From Tubiluchus corallicola (Eukaryota; Animalia; Priapulida), in contig JAQGDQ010000246.1 of the NCBI GenBank assembly GCA_030141605.1, positions 270,494-334,493 on the forward strand: a stretch of 64,000 bases of DNA. The letters are read 5' to 3'. Below, piece by piece: positions 1-10,899 of this stretch; the first letter of the stretch is position 1; the number at the start of each line of letters is the position of its first letter. The notes beneath the pieces were generated by a model. That model was not told where the DNA came from. It saw only the letters and a list, made by a program, of their open reading frames with translations, and made no database searches. The translations under genes were made by a program, and so were the position numbers.

Positions 1-767
1 ATTAAAAGTTACCTAATTAGGAAATGATATGCCTACAACATCGCGAAGATATGTTATGTCCTATTAAATATTATTTCTATCGGGAGCCCGTTTATGTTTT
101 TACATAAAAACTAATCCTTGCGTACTGCGTACCCAAACCTTACATGAAGATTATCAAAATAAAAAGTATTTTATAGCTAATTAGCTGAAATACACGGCTT
201 CGGTGAAATGCCATGCCTGGTTTGATATGATCTATCACGCAAAAACAGTATGTATAAAAATTATCTACTATAATTATTTGTGTAATGCCCGGTCCGTGGG
301 GCCGTGGCACATGCAGGAGTTCATTGCCGCAGAGTGACTCTCCAAAAGTATAGACTACAAAAGAATCATACGTGGGTCATTAAATGGACACTTATAGTAT
401 TGTAATATACTACATAGACACGTCAATTAAGCAATTACTGATGGTGTGCCAAATAGATACGTTTTTAACAAATGTTTGCGATAAACGGAAGTCAAGTACA
501 AAAAAGCAAACGTCCCAACAATATAACAGGGACATTAAAATAATGATAATAACAACAGAAAATCTCAGTAGCTACTACTATAATTGGAAGTTCGTCATTA
601 ACTCACTGAGGTGTTTGAAATTTCATGTATGAGTCAGTGGAATATAATTTATTTCAATGGAAAGCATAATTGAAAGATTAGATGATAGATTGAGAATGAC
701 AAATTCAGAAAGATAAAGATGAATCGAAATTATCGACATTACTGGTTTATAATCTATATGTAAATCG

Positions 768-2727
768 TCATACACTACTTAACTGGAGCGCACCCCTATA
801 CGTAATACTGGAAGTCTTCCAATTTGGAGCACAGATGTATGATCGCACTCTTGAACGCCTAATTACAAAGCGATCTACTGATATACATTGCAAAGCGAAG
901 TCTTTTGAATTCGATATTCTATAAATGGAAGCATCTTCTTTGCTGTCTCCTGTCATGATAGTAGCTTCAATTACATGAGGCAGTGGTGTTTTCGCGATCA
1001 ACCTTGCGCAACAAATAAAATATCTAGGAGTATTAATAGATCACATTCATTCATGGAAAGCACATATACACATTATATTGTTAATAAAACCAGTGAAATT
1101 ATAGGCATATTTTCAAAAATTAGGCAATTCCTGAATCAAAGAAACTTCTATATTTTTCCTTATTCTCACCGTATTTAGAATACAGCATACTTACCTATGG
1201 CTCAGCTCCGCATTCCACATTGTACCCCTAATTAGTAATCAAAATGAATTTATTAAGCTTAGGACAAATCGAAATAGAAGAGCCTATGTTACACCTTTAT
1301 ACCACCAACATAAAATCTTAAAACTTAACTATAATTATATTGTCATAGTACATCTTATCTTGAAAATGTATATTATTAGTATTTCTTAGCAGCTATGAAA
1401 AGAATAGGTAAGACGCAATACAATAGGCCGAGTTATAATTACAATGTTCTTTTTAAATGAGTTTAGCAGCTACAACACTTCCTTTTCACTATAAAAAATA
1501 TATTTTGCCTGCTACACTTTTATTTTTGCTTGCATGTTATGTTTTTCTCACTACATATATTCATTTTGCCATATTATTTTGCTCATCGTTTCAAAGTTAT
1601 CACTAAGTTTTATTAAATTTTTCATTGAGTCATATTGTCTATTTATGTGCATACTCATATTTCATTGCATATTTTATTCATTCCATTTCTGCTTCTCTAT
1701 ATTAGTTCTCTTGTTTCATAGTTCATTTGGTATTTTGCTTGACAGACATAATTTGACTGAATACTATTGCATATTTTCGTTTCATTATATCACGCGTATT
1801 TTGTTTCCTTTACTGATTTTTTATTTATACTTTATTTTCTTCTTTTGGTTTGACTTGATTTTATAGTTTGTTTATGCTTTAATCGGCTAGTTACATGCTT
1901 TACATATTTAGTTGATCATTATTACATATTTTTCATTTTGTCATAATGTTTCCTTGTCGCATAGTCTAATTAGTTACTTCGCTTTCAAGTTTAATTTCTT
2001 CCCCTCAGATTTACGCTAACTGTTGATTTTCTTATCCTACTTAGCAGCGCCACAAATTTTTTTTTACAATTAACACTAACCTGAGAAGGGTGGCTGACTT
2101 GCTGATCAATTCGTCTTTCGCTAGCTTTTCTCCTGTTTCTCCTGCACCCCCACCCCAACTCTTTCCTTTATGCATAATTTATTCTGATTAACTATTAATT
2201 GTAGCAATTATAGCCTATTTGTATTCTGGTGTAAATGAGGAAATAAATAAAAAATGTCTATGTCTATGTCTTGTGCCATTACATAGTTTGGGGCGTCAAA
2301 GTTATGCAATAACACCATAGGGTATCCAACTTTTAATGAGAATTAGAATGGGGTGGCATATCTGATAAGACAGGAGTGGGGCAGCTCATTCAGACAACCA
2401 CTGCGTATTCTTGTAGCAGTTTATTGCCAAGTTGTGCTAAACATTAGTTTTCTACTCAGCGAAAGATGAAACTATTTTATCACACTTAGGGAGAATAGAT
2501 ATTAAACCATCAGTGTTCTGTAATTCATCTTTGCCAATTTTGAGAAGTAATTTTAAAAAACTTGCACTATTTTTATCACCATGGAGCTGGACTCTCATAT
2601 TTGTTGCAGAAGAGATGAGTATACATGTCTCCAAAGATACGTCGATTTTAGGCAATAGTTTAGTTGATCTGTAAGTGTTCCGCGGACAGCAAGTGTTCAT
2701 GTTGATAATGTGGCTCCTGTCTATCAA
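768..2727 (-). mobile_element. Degraded Helitron PIF1-helicase remnant, split into 2271-2727 and 768-1009 by a LINE insertion
   Basis: Minus-strand translation gives Helitron helicase-like motifs in order: TNMRVQLHGD..A..F..LLL.IG (ORF 2452-2727), MPPH...LKVGYPMVLLHNFDA/PKLCNGT (about 2271-2360, frameshifted), then RLIAK..PHVIEATIMTG..KED and ICAPNWKTSSITYRGAL (ORF 768-1001). Stops, frameshifts and internal deletions are present. Confidence 0.8.
1010..2269 (+). mobile_element. 5'-truncated non-LTR retrotransposon (CR1/L2-group, Crack/Daphne-like) with long T-rich 3' UTR
   Basis: Degenerate ORF2 C-terminus (IKYLGVLID...SWK.HI..I.NK.S..IGIFSKIR.FL) at 1015-1330. Stem-loop motif at 2085-2130, AATAAA then (TGTCTA)n tail ending about 2270. 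Flanked by CTTGCGC (1003-1009) and CTTGTGC (2270-2276), a probable TSD. Confidence 0.8.
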
Positions 2728-5700
2728 GAAGTTTACTTACATTTTTTGGTCATTGAAGATTACATCTCAGAGTTATGAAAAGCTACGGATTATATCGGTC
2801 CACCTCTTGTGCACCTGTAAAAAGGACTAAAAAGTAAAGTATCTCATAAGCGGCAGAAAGGAATTATAATTTAAATCCTGGTCGGAAAGTAAATTTTGGG
2901 ATAAAGCCATCATTTAAATCGGCGCTTTTTTAAATCATTATTTTTTAATGATGACCAATTTCTTAATGGATAATGCCAATTTCTTAATTAATTGATGACA
3001 ATTTGCAATCACAACGATGGTTGCTTAAAAACTGGTGGATTCTATTTTGTGAATATTACAAAAAGCTTTACCAAAACAGTTCTGCCATGATTTTTTTGTA
3101 AAATTTATAGTACATGTATTTAGTAACACTACTGGCTACTAGCTAGTGTTTCTGCGAAAATACCACGCATCAGGAAACTTAAACAGAGAATAACCAAAAC
3201 AAATCTGAATTTGACAGAGCAGCAGCGGGTAGCAACACTATAAAAGAAAAAAATGATAAATGATAAAAACCCGACTTTTATTTAATAGAAAACATGAAAA
3301 TCTTATTTTTTATTGTTTCATCATAACTTTTCCAGCCTCATCATTCAAATCAAGATAGGATGTCTGATGCCAAGAACCGAAGAAATGACTTGCATCAGAA
3401 TGTTTCCCTCTTACTAGGTTTCCCTTTATTAGTAGAAAAAGTTTTATTCCTACCTGACCTTTTCAAGGAGTACAAGAAAAGGACATTATGATAATTTTTA
3501 GCTGCCGTTTACGTGTTGGACACATGGCAGATTAGACAAACGCATTAAGTCTTGGGAATAAGTCTAGAGTGCATTCTGTAAATAATCACTAAATAGGCCT
3601 TTACTCAATTACATAAGGTATTTAGATGTTTGCAGTAACAGTTTTAGTTATTGATAGAGAATGTTTATTAGTTGGCATATTGTAAGCTTGGATCCAGCAT
3701 CCATGGAATATAAATGGTTGTGTCAAGACCGGAAATTATCTCATTTTTAACATAAACCCTTTGTGTACTGAACTGTACGTTAAGATGAAGACTTAACCGG
3801 CACCAGCGTTTTCTCCCTCACAGTCTTCAAAGTAAGTACAAAATAAATATTTAAAAGAAAGCAGCTGCACGTGTAGATGATTCTTTCGTCATGTAATGCT
3901 ATAATACTGAATTAAGACAGTCATATAACCACGTATAATCTATTGATGACTAGTAATTTGCACCTGCTACACACCCGGCAAACAATGTAGGGATTAACGG
4001 GCAGAAAATGTACATAAGTATACTGTAGCCTTTATAGAGGTTAGTTCGCATTATAAGCAAGATATTTCTGTAAACCAGTTGAAGACAAAGCTAAAAACGA
4101 GGTGGTTGTTTAATTGAAAAACAATCTTGGCTTCAGTGAAGCTGGCGTAGACGTATAATATAATTCCATTGTTCAGATATTTTAAATTGCAAAACAAAAG
4201 AAAAATTCTGAAAACCACATCAACGTGCAAGCAGGCGTATAGGGACTTTTACCTGATGGCAGTCACGGTTGTTCATGTGTTCATCTTTCTGAACAGGCCT
4301 AGGACTCGATAAGTCGATCTGACTAGTGTAATTGCATGAGTGCTGTTTGTTTGCCTATCCGAGGGTAGTATCTACAAAACGACAAGCAAATATTGCTGTA
4401 ACCTAATTAACTAAAATTCCTTTAAACCACTCATGAGGTATTTGACTTTTAAGTCCTTTTTACCACGGAAGAAAATTGTGGACGTACCAATTCAAATGGT
4501 TAGGGTCGCAGACTTAGTTTTTGTTTCGTTTTATTTTTGGTCCTGGATTAACAACTAAATCTCGTGTCTGAAAACCGATAATTACACACCTTTTAGATAT
4601 TTTAAGTCCCCTCTGTCTGGCATAAATACAGAGGCGAAAAGTTAAAGGTCAGAGGTCAAGTTCACAATAAATTTAGTGGCTCTTTTTTCCTATTACATAT
4701 ATTACTTTTAACTTTGCACGTGTTATCAGTATTGTGATGAAGCCCAAGTGACTTACTGTCGTCGTAAAAATACATAGAAGCTGTCTTTAATATTGCGTGT
4801 TACATCCGGTACCAGAACTGAATCGTTGGCACTATCCAAAGCTAAGTGACTAATTTCAAATAGTCATTTGAAACAGATTCACTGATGAGCATTTTATCGT
4901 TTTATCGTAGACGAAGCAGCAAACGTTAATATATCTCTTGCTGCTAACATTTAATTGTAAACAAATATTTAGCATCTAATAATAATTACTGATGCGTAGA
5001 TGCTTCGCACAATTTTTTTTTGTACAGTCTTCTGGCTTCTGAATACAGTTAACTTTATTGAATCATTACCAAATTTAACCGAAAATTAACAAACCATAAT
5101 ATAAGATGGATGTCCTTAGGCCAATGCATTTGCGTTTTTTCATTGGTCTGTAGTCATTCTTGTCTATCCTGCGACGCTCTTCTGAACTAGGACATTATTA
5201 ATTGGTGCCTGTCATTTGCTAATCGGTTTAAATATTGCAGCTAAGGCTAATTTCATGATTATAATATATATATATTTACATAGAACCTAGTCCTAGTGTT
5301 TTTGTGGCGTAACATTCTTGGTTGCCCGGCCACCATTTCTGGCGTTAATTATTAAACTATACAACCCGATCTAGCATTAATTATTAAATGTTGATTTGTG
5401 CAACTTCCATTAATAGTAATTTTTATATACGACTGTATGCGATTTCCTGTTTAGCGTCGTAATTATTGAATGAGGAGAGCCACTTTTACACAAAACTTAT
5501 TGTATCGTAAGCTTTTCAGCTTGCTAATATCAATACAAACCCACAAAATGGAGATTACTTGAATATCCCAGAACTCAGTTCACATATTTTGTAGATAGCT
5601 TTGAGAAATAATTTTCATAATTGAACTTTTGACAATTATTGTGACTAATATAATTAAGTAACTATTCTATCAAGATTACTATAAAGTAGTCATGCTATTA

Positions 5701-7267
5701 CTGTAATGACTACTGTAAAAGTAATGTAATAATAACAAAACTATTGTTATTATTCTCATTCACTTATGTATAAGACTTCACAAATTTCTTCCTAGAATGA
5801 AAACACTTCCAAAAAAGTAATTACAGTTGAAGGTAAGTCTTTTCCAATTTATTAAACTTTTTTCAGAAAGTTAAACAATAGCTTATTTACACTACAAAAA
5901 ATTTGTGCATAAAATATTGTTATATATAAAATAGATTACAGATGAATATAAATAGGCTATATTAAATACTAGAAGTGGTAATTACAACACATTTTCTTCA
6001 AAACTTAAATTAAAATTGCTTAAAATGTTAACTTATTAAATTTTTATTTGATAAAATTGAAATGGCTAAAAATAATAACTGTAACGGTATTTTAAAGGTT
6101 TGGTTAATACCTCTATAATAATTACAACAACTTCTCTAAAATTATCACATATTCAATTTCCCTTTTCAACCTTTATTTCAAGTCACCTTTTCTTGACAAA
6201 ATATTAATTACATTTTTTTAATATTTTATTTTATTTTAAAGGTTTTCATTTTAAAGGATGTTAATTTCAAGTCAATATTAGAATCACATTTAAGTTCTTT
6301 ACAATGCATCCAAACTGGTTACAACAATTTTCTGCACATTAGTTAAAGTTATGAAGACTGAATTACAATTTACGCAACCAATTTTGCCACAGCTGGCCAG
6401 TTACTTCATTGGAGATGTAAGAAAATTTTAAAGCAAATTCAACCAATTTTATCTAGTATTTGATGTTTTCCCATCCCATTGCCAAGGAAGCAATGCAAAA
6501 CTGCAGGGTGCAAATACTTCTGAAAACTGACAAAGTCATCTACATGCCCACTGGATACCTCAATAGTCTACATGTACAAATAACCTACATGTAGTGGCAC
6601 TCTACAAAAAATAACCACAAAGACTAAAATCAAAGACTAAAGGCTAACATCTTTTCAGTCGACCTTCTCTAGAAAGTTGAGCAAACATCTAATCTACTTA
6701 TTGAGAACTTTAGATTTACATATATAATGCAGAAATAATAACAATATACTGATAACATAAAAGATAAACTAGTAACATACAAGTAGTTAGTGTCACACAT
6801 TGAAAAATTAAATTGTATAACCTGTAAACATTAATTAATACATTATAACTGGGCAACCATCATCATCGTTTAGCGAGTTAAAGGTTACACATTTTATCAA
6901 ACAGTAACAGTTAGCATTATGCCAATACACAATACATTAAAAAAATTGCAAATTACTAAATCACACAATTATAAATTTACAATATCAAAGGAAAACTGCC
7001 CTACACAAATAATTCTAATAATAATATTTATAGGTATTATAGGCATAAATACTTATTTGTCATCATTTTTTAAATATAACTAAATGCAAGCAATAAATGT
7101 ACTTTATTATAACTAGTAAATCAGTGGAAATGCTACGTACCATAATGTATCAAAAGGCTTACATATGTAGAGGATAACTATCTGGTTTATTCTATTGTTG
7201 CTTTTTTTATAATTTAACACTTGAGCATGTTGAGCCATTTAATTGTGTAAGTTATCTAGTGGAGTCA

Positions 7268-9838
7268 CTATGTAGTATCAATTCGTATTGTCCTCAATTT
7301 GTTTCTGTCTGCCAAGATGCATGCAGCTTCATTTGACCCACCACAATACTGCGATGAAGAAAAAACAGTCAATAATTGTCCTTTTTGCTGCACCTGGAAG
7401 CCTGCTTGCTGCACCTCATGTGCTCGTATCACATGTGACAGGCCGTTTCGTGACAAAAAATTTTCCAGTGCTTGACAGCTGAAAATATTAGCTGTTCCTC
7501 GTCGTTGATTGTGTGCAAACCCATCGTGCTGCATTAGCTCATCTTTTATCTCAGACACATTTGTATCAGCGTTAACTGGATCACTCCATAATATCTCCCA
7601 AGCTAGGCTGCTTTCTTCCTCGGGATCCCGCAGTGGACAAGGGATTTCATCGATTGCAGGAATCTTTCCAAATCCATTACCAACAACTGGTCGTGGGATT
7701 CCTCCGTGCACACAAAATATCTTTGAATCAACAACAGCAGCTATTGGCATGCAGTCAAAAACTTCATTGACAGTTTCCCACACTTCAAGTCCTAGTTCGT
7801 CTCCAAACTTACTTGTGCATTCTGTTTTAAAAGAAAACATTGTCTGTACTGCACGGAGTTCATGATTGCCGCGAAGTAGATAAAACTTTTCAGGTGCTAA
7901 CATCTTCTGTGCAAACAAATATGCAATCACCTCAATACCCTGTTCACCTCGGTCAACATAATCACCCAAGAAAAGAAAAGTCGAGGGCGTCAAAATTGGA
8001 CCCATGCGCCACAAAACTTTCTCAAAACACACTAAGTCCCGGAAGTTACCATGAATGTCACCTAATATGTAAACAGGTGCCTGCAGCCTTAGTAATCTAC
8101 TCTCCAATTTGATAACTTCTTTCATTGCTCGACAAAGTGTAAGCAAGCATTTAGCAAGAGCTCGTTTATCTACCAAGCCCCAATCAAAAGCTGGTTTGGC
8201 CAGCTCACCTTGTTTGTCCCGAATAGGACGTTCAAAATAACGTAATCCAGTAAGCATTTCATTTGGATGCGAACGCTGATTAAAAGAATCAACGGAAGGC
8301 ATCCGTTCAAATCGCAGTTTGGTGTCCATCTCAAAGCTACCACTAACTGCGCAAGTGCCTGCAAGGTCCCACAATGTAGATACATCAGATAATGTTCCAC
8401 TGCGTTTAACCTTTACAGCATGTGTAGCCAGTTCATATCGTACATCAGCAAGTGCTGTTTTCTTAGTGGGTGCGGGACCAGCGGGGATCATGAAAACATC
8501 ATCAATAGTATTTGTTTTATGTCTGAACTGTTCATCAGCCTGCTGAGCAAAGTCTTTTAAGTATGTAGCACTATAACCATCATTACATTCGCCATTAGCA
8601 GTGATTAAAGATCTCTTAGTTACTGGTGCTCTTTCTTTTCGGGGAATCTTTGCCACTGAACAACCAGAATAATTTTCTGGTCCAGTGTCACTTATGGATA
8701 ACTTGTTGCTTCTTTTGAGATTAAGGTAAGTAACAATGCATTGTGGTAGCCGAAAAAGAAGAGATGTTCCACGAAACTTGAGCTGGCCAACAGCCGTTAA
8801 AAATTCAGTAAGCGATAATGGAGATGCAGTTTTTGCACTAAATGCTTTATAGCTTTGACGTGCTTCCAGTTCAACATCACTCTCTGTAGTTGGAAGATTC
8901 TTCAGTTCACGAATATCATGTATTAGCCACTTAAATTCTGAGAACTGCAAGAAACCATCTCTATCTGTGTCATAGTAACGAAAGATATAGCGACAACGTA
9001 GTTCAGCAGGAGAGCCACCATGTTGAGTTGTTGGCTCCATTGCAGCTAAACCAAGCAGTACTTGCTTATATGTCAGAAACTGACAACCGTCTGTGTCAAA
9101 TGCTCTGAAGTAATTCAGTACTCTATCTTCAGCAATTCCATGTTTGATAAACAAATTGCAGAAGACAGTACTATTCATAACAGTGGTTGGAAAGCACCTT
9201 TCCATAAACTCCACGTACAGCTGTTCTTGCTCATTTTTTCCGAGTTTAGCGGCTTTAATTAAAAGTGTTTCACTTGGCAAATTTACTCCATCTCTATTGT
9301 CCTCGATAGGAGTATATTCAAATTCTTGATCAAAGAAGGGTGCAACGACAATTGAACTGTCAATCTTAACAGCATCAGCGGACGTTGTAAAGGCTAAGTC
9401 AAGTGGTTCTGGTCCCATTAATACAAGGTCGCCAGCATCGTGCTTTTCTGCCATTTCAGCAGCAGAAACCCAGCACATGTAGGGCGTATTCGCCGTCTCA
9501 CACGATTCAAGTGTTGCATACACGTAATAAAACATTCGCTTGGTCTCACTGCATGGATCATGAATAATTTGAAGACGCAGTATACCTTTTATCTGTACAT
9601 TAGTAGACTTAAATTTCTGTGTAGCCGCCAATCGCTCACAAGCAGCATGAAACGATTCACATTCCTGAGCTGTATCGTAAGGCAGCCACCAACCAACCTT
9701 AGCACCAAAATTTACTAGACAATATTTTTTGTCAACAGTGCGCTGTACAAACAAACAAAGTACAGTAAAATTTCTCTCCGTAGGCTTATCGCTAATATTT
9801 TTCACATGTCCGCTTGCATCTCTTTTAATCGCCGCCAT
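7268..9838 (-). CDS. PPP-family Ser/Thr protein phosphatase with N-terminal Nudix-like and EF-hand (NCS/calcineurin-B-like) domains; single exon, 856 aa
   Basis: Uninterrupted 2571-nt ORF. PPP motifs [50 protein letters not shown]-hand loops [12 protein letters not shown] and [13 protein letters not shown]-terminal GWWLP....[10 protein letters not shown] resembles a degenerate Nudix box. Confidence 0.93.
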   Translation of the reverse strand: MAAIKRDASGHVKNISDKPTERNFTVLCLFVQRTVDKKYCLVNFGAKVGWWLPYDTAQECESFHAACERLAATQKFKSTNVQIKGILRLQIIHDPCSETKRMFYYVYATLESCETANTPYMCWVSAAEMAEKHDAGDLVLMGPEPLDLAFTTSADAVKIDSSIVVAPFFDQEFEYTPIEDNRDGVNLPSETLLIKAAKLGKNEQEQLYVEFMERCFPTTVMNSTVFCNLFIKHGIAEDRVLNYFRAFDTDGCQFLTYKQVLLGLAAMEPTTQHGGSPAELRCRYIFRYYDTDRDGFLQFSEFKWLIHDIRELKNLPTTESDVELEARQSYKAFSAKTASPLSLTEFLTAVGQLKFRGTSLLFRLPQCIVTYLNLKRSNKLSISDTGPENYSGCSVAKIPRKERAPVTKRSLITANGECNDGYSATYLKDFAQQADEQFRHKTNTIDDVFMIPAGPAPTKKTALADVRYELATHAVKVKRSGTLSDVSTLWDLAGTCAVSGSFEMDTKLRFERMPSVDSFNQRSHPNEMLTGLRYFERPIRDKQGELAKPAFDWGLVDKRALAKCLLTLCRAMKEVIKLESRLLRLQAPVYILGDIHGNFRDLVCFEKVLWRMGPILTPSTFLFLGDYVDRGEQGIEVIAYLFAQKMLAPEKFYLLRGNHELRAVQTMFSFKTECTSKFGDELGLEVWETVNEVFDCMPIAAVVDSKIFCVHGGIPRPVVGNGFGKIPAIDEIPCPLRDPEEESSLAWEILWSDPVNADTNVSEIKDELMQHDGFAHNQRRGTANIFSCQALENFLSRNGLSHVIRAHEVQQAGFQVQQKGQLLTVFSSSQYCGGSNEAACILADRNKLRTIRIDTT

Positions 9839-9924
9839 TATTATTCAGCTCCAATTTGGCAGCCGCCTAGCGGTGACGAATCCACTTAATGAAATTTCAA
9901 AAGACGCGTTTCGGAAGTCAGGAA

Positions 9925-10000
9925 CCGGTTTCACAAATTTCAAGGGTTTCGCTAAGTTACCACGTCATTAACTTAGCGACGGCTTTGTGAAACTGGGCCC
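9925..10000. repeat. Short nested inverted repeat (MITE-like hairpin) just upstream of the phosphatase start
   Basis: CCGGTTTCACAAA (9925-9937) pairs with TTTGTGAAACTGG (9984-9996, one mismatch). TCGCTAAGTTA (9949-9959) pairs perfectly with TAACTTAGCGA (9969-9979). The loop is CCACGTCAT. Confidence 0.7.
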
Positions 10001-10899
10001 AGAGCTACTGTATAATTTATTACGTATGTTTATAGGGCTCTGGGAAGTCTAAGTCAGTAACACGTCTTGTATGTTTCTTTTGCAGAGGAAGAAACGCAGG
10101 CGTGGGCTTTTGAAGAACGTAATCTAAAACATGTCAGTAAGTTAAAAACAAACGTTATTTCAAAAAGTGTAAATATCTAGGCAATTTTTATAAATTAATG
10201 GACATTGGATGCTCAAATCGATTTCACGATTTTTGAAAATAATAGGCTTTCCCTTTAAAACCAGATGACGCACAATGTTTACTTCAGTTGAATCCTTATT
10301 TTTATTATGCTGAACATACATACATATATACATACATAATTTTTATTTAAAGTCGGCGGGTGTACAAGGAAGAAAATTAGACAAAATGGGCTATTCATAC
10401 CGACTAAAATATGCTATGCAAAAATTTTTACTAAAAATAAACACAATATTACTCAAATTGGAAGTAAAATCAAAAAATTTAATGAAAATTGAGCATTCTG
10501 GAAAATACAACATAAAATCATACAAGCACGGATAAAACAAGACAGTCAGACAGGAACGATAGATAATAATAGAAGTTAAACAACGAAAAGAATAGAATGA
10601 TGCCTTTCAGATAATTATGTGTCTACGAGAATGGTTTGACAAAAGTATTCGATGATGATTTTGTAACACGATGAAGAAAAACTTTTTAAGAATTGTACGT
10701 GTTTGTTGTGCCTATATGTCCAAAGCTTGACACTTCGCGCTTGCTGAGTCTAAGCATTTCTATCCACTGCTGCTGCCCATAAAGCACCATTGATCCGTCA
10801 AAATTTAATCCAGGGCAGTATTTGCCAAACCCTTTTCATTATGATTATCTGAACACATCAGTAACTGACTTCCACTCCGCTTTTTTAGTTCAGCACCTC

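Noticed and set aside
1534-1866. 110-aa hydrophobic ORF
   Set aside because: By-product of the T-rich LINE 3' UTR (F/L/I/Y bias); no family motifs.
7268-9838. Naming the phosphatase PPEF/rdgC, calcineurin A or PP1
   Set aside because: EF-hands are N-terminal, and there is no IQ motif or calcineurin regulatory tail. The architecture fits none of these, so no symbol was given.
9862-9877. RFX X-box-like GCCGCCTAGCGGTGAC
   Set aside because: Too many mismatches to the GTNRCC-N-RGYAAC consensus.
7288-9971. Plus-strand ORFs overlapping the phosphatase
   Set aside because: Antisense shadows of a long coding frame; no motifs.
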